From Amoebidium appalachense (Eukaryota; Protista; Ichthyosporea): a DNA stretch of 64,000 nucleotides. The notes under the pieces were generated by a model that ran no database searches, was not told the DNA's origin, and saw nothing but the letters and a program-made list of their open reading frames with translations. A program made the position numbers and the translations under genes. Each line of letters opens with the position of its first letter. The first letter of the stretch is position 1. The DNA is taken from NCBI GenBank assembly GCA_963693365.1, contig CAVNZM010000009.1:7173408-7237407 (forward strand), in the 5' to 3' direction. Shown here one piece after another: positions 1 through 15,700 of this stretch.

Positions 1-431
1 TGTGTGTTGCCGTACTATATCCAATCAGTGGACTTAGTCAGAAAATGTCTGAGTCTTTGTAGCCGATGATAGGTTAGAAACATCACCTCTTTCCTCGTTA
101 CTCTTCACCTCATTTCTTTCTTATAGCTGTGACCTATGGTGTGCGTTCCTGTCTCTCCGGATCTATCCGGGAAATAATCAGTTAATTGTGATTGGTTATT
201 TTAGACATAGATCTGATTTCCGACTGGTCGGAAATCATGTATTTGACTTAAGGGAATTTCAGGTATTTATTCGAGATCAAAATAAATTGAGTTCAGTCGT
301 GTCTAAACATTGATGTCTGTTGTGTACACTGCTCCGATCGTTCCGTGTTTTGTTGTTGTGTGTGTCTGTGGTGTTTTCACACTGCACCACTGTGTCTCTG
401 CTTACATCCCAAATACTTATATAATTTAACA
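1..431 (+). mobile_element. 3' part of a Copia-family LTR (3' or solo LTR; sister subfamily of the 27638-39222 element), cut by the window start
   Basis: Bases ~205-431 are the near-exact reverse complement of 27638-27865 and end in ...ATAATTTAACA; upstream sequence is more diverged. No PBS follows. The flank (ACACC...) is directly the VLTF3-like gene. Confidence 0.9.
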
Positions 432-713
432 ACACCCAACCTCCTCCTCCTCCTCCCCCTCCCCCCTCCCTCCCCCCTCCTCGTACACGTACTCCTGGTC
501 CCCTCCGTCGTGCTCGTATTCGTCGTGTTCCCCCGTGCACGTCTCCCTCTCCTTGCAGGATGCCCACCAACATGCACACGGTGGCTGTGGTTTTGGTTGT
601 GTGGTGGTGGTGTTGCAGTACATGTCATAGAGGAAGGGGCACAAGTCTAGCAGCTTCTCAGGGTCTGTGGTGTCGGCCACCATACTTATCAGTGTGTCCT
701 CGTCCATTTTCAT
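432..713 (-). pseudogene. 5' part of VLTF3-like gene (left copy), interrupted by the Copia LTR
   Basis: MDEDTLISMVADTTDPEKLLDLCPFLYDMYC...EEEEE is nearly identical to the N-terminus of the gene at 45166. Homology stops at the LTR end (431). Confidence 0.85.
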
Positions 714-724
714 TTTAATTTTTT

Positions 725-755
<31 letters not shown>

Positions 756-1446
756 GTCTACGGGTGTTGCAAAAAGTGAAGTGTTTGTGTACATGTGTGT
801 GCGCCTTTTATATGTTTTGGTGCCTGCTCTTTCTGGCAAGCCTCCCACCCTTGTATGCATGTACGGTGGTGGTGTTGGTGTTGTTTCTACCTGTGCCTGC
901 ATGTGGTGGTCTGCTGAACGACACGTTTGTGTTTGTGTTTGCATTAAGTCCTGATTTTAATGGCTGTTGCCCCTCGTGCACACGGTGCACATGGTGTATA
1001 CCTAAAAACACACTCTTTTTCTTTAAGTTCTTCTTCTGACCCCCCTGCCAGTGCACATCTCTGCGGAAACTTACCCCCCGTATCTGCAGTTAATCGTAGC
1101 GGTTTTTGGCTCATTTAGCCCCGATAATCTGCAGATTCTGGGCCGAAAGCCGATCCGCGATTATCCCATGGTTAGTAGGCAAAATTCGTGATTGGCTGGT
1201 TTCGATTTTTATCGGGGATTATCTTGGGGTTGCCGCCGCGGTGGCTCGCGGCGATCTCAGGTTATCGGAAGATGTAGAATCCAGCGGCAGGCAGCCTATC
1301 GGCAGATATTCGGAGCTCAAAAACGTGCGCTCGACCTCAAATTCCTTGAGATGAGTCATTGGAATTTGACTATCAGTGACGTAACACATACCATAGGCAC
1401 GATCGGGCACGCGTGCACGACTGCTAGGCGCAGGCGGGGCTGGGGC

Positions 1447-1479
<33 letters not shown>

Positions 1480-2208
1480 TCGGCCTTCAATTCACGTGCA
1501 CCGTGGAAACGTTTATTGATGCTTACCCCAGCGCAGCTGGTTTATATAATTATTCACGTTTTATTTTGTCTACTTTGTAATCATCACATCACCCTAATCT
1601 ATGTTGTTTGATCTCTGCAGGTACATGCTATTGCAGTGATCAGGACCAGCCTAATCTTTCGAACTTCTACACAAATATACACAATACCCCAATAACAAAC
1701 GTATCCTACAAACAAGTTACTGCTCGAACATGTTGTCAATCTAAAAGGCTGGCTGGCGAAACAAGTACCCAGCAGCACCGTTGACCCTGGCTGTGCCAAC
1801 TGTGCCTGTGGGGGTGTCCCAGCATAGTTTAGCAAATGCGAGCAAGAAATGCAGTAGGTGGGTGGTGTGACTGTCCACCCTGTGGGCTTAAGCACACAAA
1901 AGCACAACAAACACACGTACACATGTGCACTCAGTCATCTTTGCAAACACATCTGTGCATCACGTAACACAGAGAACGAAGCAAGGCAACCCACAAGTAT
2001 AGTGTCAAGACAACAACCACGTTCAATCTGTCCTGCTGCATGCAAGTATAAGGTCAAGACAACAATCACGTTCGATCTGTCCTGCATGCGAAACAATAAA
2101 TTTAGCACTTGCGGGCAAAACACGTGTGCCATAAGCCTGGGGCACGTGCACACAAATACACGTGTGCGTGCGTGCGTGCATGCGCGTGCGCATGTGTGTG
2201 TGTATCTA

Positions 2209-2241
<33 letters not shown>

Positions 2242-2244
2242 GTT

Positions 2245-2311
<67 letters not shown>

Positions 2312-2605
2312 GTGTGTGTAGGTGTGTACTTGTGTTGCTGTGCTGTCCGTATTTTGTGTGTGTGTGTGAGAGAGTGGTGGTATTCCAACGAACTCACCTA
2401 TACATGTGCACTCAGTCTTCTTTGCAAACACGTGTGCACAACGCAACAGGAAACGAAGCAAGGCAAGCACAACACAAGTTAGTCAAAGAAAATGTAAAAA
2501 GTTAAACGCCCCTGTCCCGCAAGTAAAACAACAAAGGGAACACATGCAGACAAAAAACATGCTTCAGTAAACAGGCACACGAACACATGCACGGTGCGTG
2601 TGTGG

Positions 2606-2667
<62 letters not shown>

Positions 2668-3144
2668 GTATGTATGTGTGTTCGTGTGTGATGTGTGGGA
2701 GGGAGGGTGGGGTAGGTGGGCTGGATCGATAGGCAAGGCCGGGTGTGGCAAGTGTGAGTATGGCCGGCGTGTCTTTGTGTATGCCTGCACGTTTGCTTTT
2801 GTGTGTGCATCATGAAATTGCAAACATTGAAGGAAAGCAGAAGCCTTAAGCAACAGAGAAACTTCACTACCTGAACCAAACCGGTGGCAAGCAAAACCAG
2901 GAAACGTGTAATCAGAAAAACAAAATCAGAAAGAAAAAAAACCACCGAGGGAGGAAGGTGGCGGCGGAGGAGGGGGGGGGGGGGGGGGGGGGGAGGGGGG
3001 GGGGGGGGGGAGGACCTCAGGGCCGCCGTGCAAGCTGGCATGTTGATGGTGATTCCAACAGCATTCATGCCGTGCCTGCAAAGTGTATGTGAGCATTTTG
3101 TGTCGGTTGTCCGTGTGTCTGTCTGTCTGTCTGTGTCTGTGTCT

Positions 3145-3226
<82 letters not shown>

Positions 3227-4193
3227 ATGTTTGTGTGTGCATCTCAAGTTGTATGCAGAATTGGTGACTACGTGGCAAAACAAATTGTTTTTTCGATCAT
3301 AACGAGAACACACACGTACACATGCACACACACCGTGCACACACACACACACACCCTTCAACCTCAACCCCCTCCCCCCCCCCCCCCACCCCCCCCCCCC
3401 CCCCCCCCCCCCACGCCCTTCCCCTCGACTTCAAGTTTTCGGAGTTTGAGTATGTTCAAGCAACCGTAAACACACAGATGTACAGGGGTGGTATGCATTC
3501 TTAAAAGCACACAGGCATGGGCACACAGGCACACAGGCACACATACAAGGTATAGGAATGCAAGGCCGGTTGTGGGATCAGTATGGGTGGCAAGCATATG
3601 TGTGCTTCACCGAGCATTTAAGCCCTCGAGCAGAAGAAGGAACACAACAAGAAGCAAGGCGGTAGCAAGCAAAAACACAAAAAAAAACTCGCAGGGAGAA
3701 AGTCCGAAGGGAGTGACAGAGGGACGAAAGGAAAAGAGGGTCTGTATGCAGTTATCGTAGAAAAAAGAGCAAATTAAGATAGGAGAGGGGAAGGGGGAGG
3801 GGGGGGGGGGGGGGGGGGGGGGGTGCATATCAAAAAAGAGGAGGTTTTGGGGAGGGAGGGGAGAGGGGTGGTGGATGGGTGGTTGTTTTTATTGGGGGGG
3901 GGGGGGGGGGGGGGAGGGGGGGGGGGGGGGGGGGGGAGTGCATGAATCAGGGGGGCTATAGGGAGGGAAGAAATTACGAAGGGAGGCACGCCTTAATGGG
4001 CAAAATAATGCAGGTACCCGAGTGTCTCTAAAAGAGGAAGAACATCGACTGTTTCTACACAACACTTTGCACGTGCAGCTTGCTATAGGGGGCGGGAGGG
4101 AGGTGACGGATTTGTAGAGGGGTTAGTGGGGAAAGTAACAAGAGGTGGTCGGGGGAGGTAGGGGTGGCAAGAAAAGAAGATGGGACACGGGAA

Positions 4194-4226
<33 letters not shown>

Positions 4227-4487
4227 CACCTCAGGGAAGCACAAATCCGCCTTGGCGAGCTCTATCCACATAGCCATTCCACCGTTCCTGCGCCGTGTAT
4301 AAGGAGAGAGAGAGAAAAGGAAAGAGAGCGAGAGAGACAGAGCCTCGAGGGGGGGAGGGGGGGGAGGGAGGGAGAGAGAGGGGGGCGGAGGGGGGGGGGG
4401 GGGGGAGAGAGAGCGAGGGAGGGAGTGAGGGAGGGACAGAGGGGGGGAGGGGGGAGGAGGGGGGAGGAGGAGAGAAGGAGATGGAGG

Positions 4488-4530
<43 letters not shown>

Positions 4531-4652
4531 TTGTTTGTGTGTGTGCATGTGTGTGTGTGTGAGTGTACGTGTGTGTGTATGTGTGTGTGTGCGTGTGTGT
4601 GTACATGAGTGTGTAGTGTGTGTGGGAAAGGGGTGCGTACCTGTGTGTCGCG

Positions 4653-4685
<33 letters not shown>

Positions 4686-5349
4686 GATTCGTGTGTCGTG
4701 TCTGTTCGGTGTGTCTTCGCCCACGCCTGTGTGTCCATGTGTGTGTGCCGTGTACGCCCGTGTGTTATGTGTGGGTAGGTGGGCTGGTGGTGGGGGGAGG
4801 GGGGGGAGGGGGGGGGGGGGGGGAGGGGGGGCAGATAGTTAGATGGATGGGTGCCTATGAGTATATATACACAAAGCCGTGACAAGTATGTGTGTGCTGG
4901 CATGTGTGTGTTTGCATGGGTACCTGCTTGTCATGAGAAAGCGAATAGATAATGGGTAGGCCCAGAAAACAAAAGCAACGCGGGAAACCGGAGGGGGGGG
5001 GGGGGGAAGGGGGGGGGGGGGGGGGGGAGGGGGGGGGGGGGGGGGGAGGAGGCGAGCCTCAAGGCATTTGAGGTTTAAGAGGGAAAAGGACGGAGAAGGG
5101 ATATGGGAACCAAAACCTTATGAATGCATGGGCCAAGGTCCCGGTGAGTGGGTGGGCGGTGGGGGGGTGAAGGGAGAGGAGAAGACAGGTCTGGAGAGAA
5201 GGGGAGGAAGGGGGGGGGGGGGGGGGGGGGGTCACATCAGCCGCGCGGGGGAGGGGGGGGGCACCTGAAGGTAGGAGGTGGTCCTCCTGATGAACTGGGC
5301 TAACGGCACCATCTCGGCGTGCCTGTCAAGTCTGATATTGTGTGTGTGT

Positions 5350-5396
<47 letters not shown>

Positions 5397-5401
5397 CGTG
5401 C

Positions 5402-5467
<66 letters not shown>

Positions 5468-5716
5468 CACAGTGTGTGTGGGGGGGAGGGGGGGGGGAGG
5501 GGGCGGGGGAGGGGATTCGTGTGTAAGGTTCGTGTGTGGGGGCCAAGGAGGGGGACTCTCTACGGGTATAGAAAAAAAAAAATCAAGGTGTTTAGCAAGC
5601 ATGTCTAGGCCAACACATTTGGGTGAATGCATGGTGTGCGCACGCGTACCTGCCTGACCGTGTCCGTGTGTATGCAGGCCTGTGTGTGCGTGTGGGTGGG
5701 TGGGTGTGCATGTGTT

Positions 5717-5924
<208 letters not shown>

Positions 5925-6475
5925 TTTTCGTGTGCGTGCGTGTTTTCCTGCATTGTCCGCAAGGCATGGTGTACGTATGTCTTTGTGTGCATCCTTTGAC
6001 GTGTGTGTATACCTGCACGACTTTGTGGTCAGATGCTAGCCTGCAAAAACATATGGCCTGCAAATGTGGCCCTGCAAGCACGTGTGAAAACAAGTGCATG
6101 CATGTCTGCCTGTACGGGTGTGCCTGCCTAGACCGTCACGTGTGCGTGCTGAAGGCCAGCATAATGCGGAAAGCGCCGAAGTGGGTGCCTGTAGCTGTTT
6201 TGGTTCCAACACGTGTGTGTGAGAGCGCGCGCGCGCGTGTGTGTGTGTGTGTGGGTTGTGTCTTTGGGCCCGCGCAGGTGTTTGTCTGTGTGTTGGGAAT
6301 GGGTGAGGGTGTTCGCCACGGTTGTGTGTGTACGTGTGTTTGTGTGTGGGGGTGTTTACGTGTATGTATTTGAAGTGTATGAATGTGTAAGCGCACGGCG
6401 CAACATGAGTGTGTACTAATCTGCGCTCTCACACTCCGTGCGTGCGTGTGCGCGCGCGCGCGCGCGCGTGTGACT

Positions 6476-6557
<82 letters not shown>

Positions 6558-7438
6558 GTGCGTGCGTATCATGTGTCCCTTTTCGTTACCCTCCGCAGGC
6601 AGACTATACGTGATTTTGTAACTAAGCAGAGAAGGGGGAACGTGTTTTTGTGTGTTCAATACCTTCCTAGACGGTGTGAGTAAGAACGCGTGATGACCAT
6701 AAGCACTCACATCTTGGTCTCCCTCTTTCTCTCTACTTCTAGAAAGACCAATTATCACTTTCAATTCTACCCCGTGCAGCCCAGAAAACGCAGCTATCTG
6801 CCCTTTTTCTACAGTCGCACCATGTCCGGCACCCGATCACATCAAAACCACATGTAATCGGTGATTAGGCTGCATGATTCTGCAAATTCCGCATTAAGTC
6901 AACCAATAGGCACATTAGACCGCACCAGAACCCATAGAGATGACCAATCAGAGTAGACATTCCGCGCATTTTTGTCAGGTTAGAATTTAAGTAGCACAGG
7001 TCGCCACGAAAACTGGTCGGAAACACGTGAAAACGTGTTTTCTAGCTCCTCTAGTCCAACGGAGAACTCCTAGCACACCTAACAGCCGGGCCCAGAAAAA
7101 CTCAAGCGGATAGAGGTACACGTTAGCTACAGGGGACACTAAAAGCCGTCCCCGTAGGCCGGCGGACACGGGAGTTACGCGCCGGAAAGGAGCCCCCCCT
7201 TTTTTTCCCTGCACTTGACACAAAACCAACGTTTCCTCTTTCAGTGGTAGTGACCTTTGTCTGGGGGGGAAAACATTAACGGCACAGAATTCACACACAC
7301 AGTAGCAGAGTAGAACGCGCACAGAGTAGCCGTATCCACAGATACCAGCATCCTGCACTCACCCTTTTCGCACACACAAAGTCAACAACCATCTAGCAAA
7401 TAAACGCTACCCAAAACATAGCTGCACCCACCCCTACC

Positions 7439-9558
7439 ATGGAAAACCACATGGAGCTAGACGGGGACACGTCCCTCACTGCAATATCCACCTTAAACCC
7501 ACCCACACCCAATCACACGGATAGGGCAACCGAGTCGGTAGAAACCACACAACCGATGGGGGAAAGCATGGGGGTGGGAGCGAACCCTCATCATCCCCCG
7601 GGCTCTGGAGGAAACGAGCGCTTGTCGGGCAAAAGAGGAAAGGAGGAAACAGAGGAGATGGAGAGGTCTACCTCACGCAGGACGGACTATGCCATACCAG
7701 GTAAAACTAACGCCCCCACCCTTTCCATACTGTGTCCCCTGCCAGCAGACGACGGACACTCTGAAGCGGGCTGGTTGGCTCGGGTGTATGACTTCGTCAG
7801 CACCCAGAACCTAGCAAACAGGTACCTGGTGCACAACCGAAACCAACGGGGCATAGAGATCATGGTAGGCACAGAAGCAGAGTGGGAGGCACTAGTCACA
7901 GCACTGGTGGGGGAGGGCATTTCACCTGCCCCCCCACCCCACCCCTCCATCCGCCCGAACCCCACACGGTACATGGTCCTAATCCCGAATAGAACGGTAG
8001 AAACGTGCAATTTTCCGAGGATAGGACGAGCAAGTGACGTGGCAACCGTGCTATATGCCATAGACCTTCACCCAGTGACCGTAACCTGGCTCCCCCCAAA
8101 CCCCAACTTCCGTATCGCCAGGGAGCACTGGGCGTATGAGGGTAATTATGAGGTGGTTTTTCCGGACGACGAACACCATAGGAAACGCATAATAAATCTC
8201 CGAGAACACTTTAGGGTCAACTGGACCTCTCTAGTGGAGGAAACATACATGACGGCGGCCCCTGCAATGCACAGGCACCGGTCCTGGGCTATCACCACAC
8301 CCGGCTTAAACGAGGACACACGCCCCCCCATCTCGAGGGGTACGATCATCGCCTCTATGAGAACACCAACCCCACCCCCCGTGTGGTGGACACCCCTCCC
8401 GAGTGGCCCCAGGCCCGACCCTTTCCGACACAGGAGGGGGGGGGGGAGGAGTCAGAGGCAGTTCTGTTGCTAATCCCCATCCCACAGTCTCACATGTGTG
8501 GGTTGTGTTGGGAGCAATCCCACAAACTAACAGACACAGAGTGCCCGTTTGTTCAGTGCCTAACCTGTCGGGAGGTGGGGCACGAACCGGATGAGTGCCC
8601 CAAAAACCGCACCAGCTGTCCGTACTGTAACCGGCCGTTACACGTACACGGAAACCCCAGTAACCCCATCGCCACATGCCTGCAACGCCGCCGAAACTGC
8701 GGTAACTGTGGGGAACTGGGCCACCCCGCATATAAATGCCAACGGAAACCCCTTTTCGCACCGGGTATTATCGTGTTGGTGGGCTTGAGTAGTCTAGACC
8801 CACCTGACGACTCTTTCTTTGCCACCGTGATTGAGTGGCGGGACTATGTACACGTCCAGGCACTCCGCCAGGCACTCACGTACTCCGGCCTTGGCCCCCC
8901 CGGGGAGGGGGCCACCTGGGAGGGTAGAGCCGGCAGAGCCCCAGAGGTGAATAAGTGTAGGGTCACAGGGCACCACTTCATCACCATGCCCATCCCCGTA
9001 AGCCACACGGACTACCCATACCTCCGGGACCACCCGGGGGGAATACTTCTGTCGTTTAATACCGGGGCACCAAGCCCCCGCGAATACACAGTACGTGCCC
9101 GCCTCACCACCGTGGACAGGGCGACCGTGCTCCTCGACCACCCGCGGCTAGGGCAGAGCACACATCCCACAGACAACACACCACCACTCGAGGCCCCAGA
9201 CGAAGACGACCAATCATTGGCCTCCGCGCCGTCGCACCAGCCCTACCAGGCCCCGTCCCCACCTATGCCGGTGTCGCCCACAGGGGACCCCGTGGCGGAC
9301 CTGACGGCTCGGGTAAACCGGCTCGAACTACAGTTGGCCAGCCAGGGGGCCACCATACACAACGTGCACCGTGAGGTGCAGGATACGACTGCCCAGCTGA
9401 GGGGTATGGAGCAGTCGATGGTTAGCATGCTCGAACGGCTAGGGGACCGCCTTGCCCTCACACTGGAAGCCCGTTTGGGCGGGGCTAGGGGGGGGAGGGG
9501 GAGGGGGGAGAGCACTCTACCCCAGAGACCCGAGACCCCCAAGCCACCGAGCCATTGA
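7439..9558 (+). CDS. LINE ORF1, gag-like nucleic-acid-binding protein (one frameshift in poly-G at ~8440)
   Basis: ORFs 7439-8473 and 8383-9558 join at a G run. Four zinc knuckles (CGLCWEQSH..C, CLTCREVGHEPDEC, CPYCNRPLH..C, CGNCGELGHPAYKC) and a C-terminal coiled-coil-like segment. Confidence 0.85.
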
Positions 9559-9747
9559 GGCCCACAGAGGCACAACACCCCAACAGCGGCGCCCCCCCCA
9601 ACCAAGGCGGGGGCCCCCAGGGGCCCCCTCACAACGCCAACCCACACAGCCCACACGCCCATCCACACCACACAGGTCCTCGGTTAACTCGACACGGGGA
9701 ACTGACCAAGGTGCCCGTCCCCCATCGCATGGGGACGGGCAGGCATA

Positions 9748-12700
9748 ATGCCGACCCCATCCCCCCCGCCCGGACACCCGGCGCCGGCAAAGGGGGTAGC
9801 GCCCGACACCACACAAACACTCGGCACGGCGCAAAGTCCGGGTCCAGAGGCCACAGACATGATCCACCAGAACACAGCCCTGGAAGCACTTGAAGGGGAG
9901 CTAGTCTCGCCCATCAACCACGCAAATTTACCACCAGCCAAACCACACAGCCACCTTCGGATTGGAACTTTAAACCTGGCCGGACCTACCACTCGTACCG
10001 GCCAGGACAAGATCGTCGAGGCAGCCAGGTGGGCTGCCTTTGCAGACATGGACGTAGTCATTCTGACGGAGACCGGGACCACCCCGGGCTCCTTCACACG
10101 CACAAAGTTTTCCATTCGAAACGAAGGTATCCCCATGCGTGCCACGTATGTATGCCCACCAGCCACCACCACTGGACACACACACACAACACTCTCTGCC
10201 TCAGAGGCCGGTATCCCGGTGGCAGAGAGCTCGTCCAATGACCAAACCACACCGTCACTAGCCCAGGAGGAAACACGATTCCGCTACACGGGGGTGGTGA
10301 TACTTACAAACGAAACGTGGTTTAGACACCAAGGAAAACCACATAGCAAAAATGCACGAATGCTAGCTATTCCATATCACACAAAACGGCACACAACCTG
10401 GGTGATAGGACTTTATCAACACACGAATGCAACACAGGGAAACGTCAGACAGGCCCGTCGACTCACCTCACAGGTAGCCAGATTTCTCACCTCCCTCCCG
10501 GCCCCCAACGACACCACTGTCATCGTGGCCGGGGATTTCAACGAGGTGTGCCACCCTACTCTGGACAGGGCACGGCCCGAAACCGGCCCCAGTTCAGCAC
10601 AGGCAATGCCCACAGGACTCATGCCCGGGCTGCTCCACGAGCTGATGGACGCCCATCTACTCATAGACAGCTACCGAGCCGAACACCCCACCACCAGGGA
10701 ATATACGTACCACAGCGGTCCCCACCGCTCACGCATCGACTACGTATACATCCCGGCGGCGTTACGCCCAGCACTGGTCTCAGCCTCCGTCTCGGAATTA
10801 CCGGATCTTCACACCGACCACCACCTGGCCTGGTGCGAAACTGGGCCCCATCCTAACCTGCCGGGCCAGGGACCAGGGCCAACCCGAAACCAACCCACAC
10901 CGAGACTCCAGCTGAAACCGAACACCACACAGGAGGACTGGGCACGTTTTACCACCGGCACGGAGGCAGCCTTCACGTCCCCCCCAACCACCACCCCTAC
11001 CCAGGCGGAGGTGGAAGGGAGATGGGAGTACATGGCCGCCACCATTCTCTCGGTGGCAAAAACCACAGTGGGCCGGACCAAGAGCAAACCAGAGAAGTCC
11101 ACGTCAAAACCGACGAAGGTCTTCCCGGAGGACAACGAGCACGCGGAGCTACACCGGCTCCTCAATGCAACGGACCGGGCGGCAAATCCACAGGGTTTCT
11201 GGGAGAGGGCCAAGGAGCTGGCCGTCCAATATGGCTGGCCAGCACCCCCTCCCCCTCCGGAGCCCCCCCACCGGTACCCCCAACAAGCAGTCCCATCATC
11301 CCACTGTACACAGCCGACCCCAACAACCCCCCGGGCATCCCCCCCACCCCCCAGGACACCCCCCCTCCCCCCAGGCACACCCGTCCCAGACGGGGTGGTA
11401 TCAGGAGGAGGGGGACCCCGGATCCACCCAGCAGCACCAACCCACACCCACTTTGCTGCACCAGCCTGCCGCTGGCCCAGCAGGCAGCCCCAACAGGCAA
11501 GCCCAGCATGGGCCACCCAGTCGACAGCACCAACAGGAGCCACCAAGCCAGCAGCAGCAGCCTCAGGCTGAAGCCCCTGCCGGCAGCCCACAACGGCAGC
11601 CACAGCAGGGGCCACCCAGCCTGCAGGCCCTGCATGGGCCACCTAGCCAGCAGCAACCGATCACACCTACACTGCAGCAGCTGCCTGCAGCAGCAGATTG
11701 CAGCCCCGGCCGGCCGGCCCAGCACAGGCCACCCAGCCGACAGCACCAACAGGAGCCACCAAGCCAGCAGCAGCAGCCGCAGGCTGCAGCCCCAGCAGGC
11801 AGCCCACACCGGCAGCCACAGCAGGGGCCACCCAGCCTGCAGGCCCTGCCAGGGCCATGCAGCCAGCAACAACCGACCGCACCCACACTGCAGCAGCCGC
11901 CTGCAGCAGCAGCGTGCAGCCCCGGCCGGCAGGCCCAGCACGGGCCACCCAACCAACAGGAGCCACCCAGCCAGCAGCAGCAGCCTCAGGCTGAAGCCCC
12001 AGCAGGCAGCCCACACCGGCAGCCACAGCAGGGGCCACCCAGCCTGCAGGCCCTGCCAGGGTCACCCAGCCAGCAGCAACCGACCACACCCACAATGCAG
12101 CGGCGGCCTACAGTAGCAGAGTGCAGCTCCGGCCGGCCGGCCCAACACGAGCCACCCAGCCGACAGCACAAACAGGAGCCACCAAGCCAGCAGCAGCAGC
12201 CAAAGGCTGCAGCCCCAGCAGGCAGCCCACACCGGCAGTCACAGCAGGGGCCACCCACCCTGCAGGCCCCGCCTGGGCCACCCAGCCAGCAACAACCGAC
12301 CACACCCACACTGCACCAGCTGCCTGCGGCAGCAGATTGCAGCCCCGGCCGGACGGCCCAGCACGGGCCACCCAGCCGACAGCACGAACAGGAGCCACCA
12401 AGCCAGCAGCAGCAGCCGCAGGCTGCAGACCCTGCCGGCAGCCCACACCGGCAGCCACAGCAGGGGCCACCCGGCCTGCAGGCCCTGCCAGAGCCACCCA
12501 ACCAGCAGCAACCGACCCCACCCACACTGCAGCAGCTGCCTGCAGCAGCAGTTTGCAGCCCCGGCCGGCCGGCCCAGCACGGCCCACCCAGCCGACAGTA
12601 CCAACAGGAGCCACCACGCCAGCAGCAGGAGCCTCAGGTTGCAGCCCTAGCAGGCAGCCCACACCGGCAGCCACCGCAGGGACCACCCAGCCTGCAGGGC

Positions 12701-15700
12701 CTGCATGGGCCACCCGGCCAGCAGCAACAAACCACACCCACCCGGCAGCAACTGCCTGCAGCAGCAGATTGCAGCCCCACCCAGCAGCACCAACCCACAC
12801 CCACTTTGCTGCATCGGCCTGCCGCTGCCCCAGCAGACAGCCCCGGCCGGCAGGACCAGCATGGGCCACCCAGTCGCCAGCACCAACAGGAGCCACCAAG
12901 CCAGCAACAGCAGCCTCAGGCTGCAGCCCCCGCCAGCAGACCACAACAGGGGCCACCCAGCCTGAAGGCCCTGCATGGGCCACCCAGCCAGCAGCAACCG
13001 ATCACATCTACACTGCAGCAGCTGCCTGCAGCAGCAGATTGCAGCCCCGGCCGGCCGGCCCAGCACGGGCCACCCAGCCGACAGTACAAACAGGAGCCAC
13101 CAAGCCAGCAGCAGCCGCCGCAGGCTGTAGCCCCAGCAGGCAGCCCTCACCGGCAGCCACAGCAGGGGCCACCCAGCCTGCAGGCCCTGCCAGGGCCACC
13201 CAGCCAGCAACAACCGACCACACCTACACTGCAGCAGCTGCCTGCAGCGGCGGCGTGCAGCCCCGGCCGGCAGGCCCAGCACGGGCCACCCAGCCGACAG
13301 CACCAACAGGAGCCACCCCGCCAGCAACAGCAGCCTCAGGCTGCAGACCCAGCAGGCAGCCCACACCTGCAGCCACAGCAGGGGCCACCCAGCCTGCAGG
13401 CCCTGCCAGAACAACCCAGCCAGCAGCAACCGACCACACCCACACGGCAGCAGCAGCAGGTAGCAGACTGCAACCCCAGCCGGCAGGCCCAAGACGGGCC
13501 ATCCAGCCGACAGCACCCACAGGAGCCGCCAAACCAGCAGCAGCAGCCTCAGGCGGCAGCCCCAGCAGGCAGCCCACACCGGCAGCCTCAGCAGGGGCCA
13601 CCCAGCCTGCAGGCCCTGCCAGGGCCACCCAGCCAGCAACAACCGACCACACCCACACTGCAGCAGCCGCCTGCAGCAGCAGCGTGCAGCCCCGGCCGGC
13701 AGGCCCAGCACGGGCCACCCAACCAACAGGAGCCACCCAGCCAGCAGCAGCAGCCTCAGGCTGTAGCCCCAGCAGGCAGCCCACACCGGCAGCCACAGCA
13801 GGGGCCACCCAGCCTGCAGGCCCTGCCAGGGTCACCCAGCCAGCAGCAACCGACCACACCCACAATGCAGCGGCGGCCTACAGTAGCAGATTGCAGCCCG
13901 GGCCGGCCGGCCCAGCACGGGCCACCCAGCCGACAGTACCAACAGGAGCCACCAAGCCAGCAGCAGCCGCCGCAGGCTGCAGCCCCAGCAGGCAGCCCTC
14001 ACCGGCAGCCACAGCAGGGGCCACCCAGCCTGCAGGCCCTGCCAGGGCCACCCAGCCAGCAACAACCGACCACACCTACACTGCAGCAGCTGCCTGCAGC
14101 GGCGGCGTGCAGCCCCGGCCGGCCGGCCCAGCACGGGCCACCCAGCCGACAGCACCAACAGGAGCCACCCCGCCAGCAACAGCAGCCTCAGGCTGCAGAC
14201 CCAGCAGGCAGCCCACACCTGCAGCCACAGCAGGGGCCACCCAGCCTGCAGGCCCTGCCAGAACAACCCAGCCAGCAGCAACCGACCACACCCACACGGC
14301 AGCAGCAGCAGGTAGCAGACTGCAACCCCAGCCGGCAGGCCCAGGACGGGCCATCCAGCCGACAGCACCGACAGGAGCCACCAAACCAGCAGCAGCAGCC
14401 TCAGGCGGCAGCCCCAGCAGGCAGCCCACACCGGCAGCCTCAGCAGGGGCCACCCAGCCTGCAGGCCCTGCCAGGGCCACCCAGCCAGCAACAACCGACC
14501 ACACCCACACTGCAGCAGCCGCCTGCAGCAGCAGCGTGCAGCCCCGGCCGGCAGGCCCAGCACGGGCCACCCAACCAACAGGAGCCACCCAGCCAGCAGC
14601 AGCAGCCTCAGGCTGTAGCCCCAGCAGGCAGCCCACACTGGCAGCCACAGCAGGGGCCCCCCAGCCTGCAGGCCCTGCCAGGGTCACCCAGCCAGCAGCA
14701 ACCGACCACACCCACAATGCAGCGGCGGCCTACAGTAGCAGAGTGCAGCTCCGGCCGGCCGGCCCAACACGAGCCACCCAGCCGACAGCACAAACAGGAG
14801 CCACCAAGCCAGCAGCAGCAGCCAAAGGCTGCAGCCCCAGCAGGCAGCCCACACCGGCAGTCACAGCAGGGGCCACCCACCCTGCAGGCCCCGCCTGGGC
14901 CACCCAGCCAGCAACAACCGACCACACCCACACTGCACCAGCTGCCTGCGGCAGCAGATTGCAGCCCCGGCCGGACGGCCCAGCACGGGCCACCCAGCCG
15001 ACAGCACGAACAGGAGCCACCAAGCCAGCAGCAGCAGCCGCAGGCTGCAGACCCTGCCGGCAGCCCACACCGGCAGCCACAGCAGGGGCCACCCGGCCTG
15101 CAGGCCCTGCCAGAGCCACCCAACCAGCAGCAACCGACCCCACCCACACTGCAGCAGCTGCCTGCAGCAGCAGTTTGCAGCCCCGGCCGGCCGGCCCAGC
15201 ACGGCCCACCCAGCCGACAGTACCAACAGGAGCCACCACGCCAGCAGCAGGAGCCTCAGGTTGCAGCCCTAGCAGGCAGCCCACACCGGCAGCCACCGCA
15301 GGGACCACCCAGCCTGCAGGGCCTGCATGGGCCACCCGGCCAGCAGCAACAAACCACACCCACCCGGCAGCAACTGCCTGCAGCAGCAGATTGCAGCCCC
15401 ACCCAGCAGCACCAACCCACACCCACTTTGCTGCATCGGCCTGCCGCTGCCCCAGCAGACAGCCCCGGCCGGCAGGACCAGCATGGGCCACCCAGTCGCC
15501 AGCACCAACAGGAGCCACCAAGCCAGCAACAGCAGCCTCAGGCTGCAGCCCCCGCCAGCAGACCACAACAGGGGCCACCCAGCCTGAAGGCCCTGCATGG
15601 GCCACCCAGCCAGCAGCAACCGATCACATCTACACTGCAGCAGCTGCCTGCAGCAGCAGATTGCAGCCCCGGCCGGCCGGCCCAGCACGGGCCACCCAGC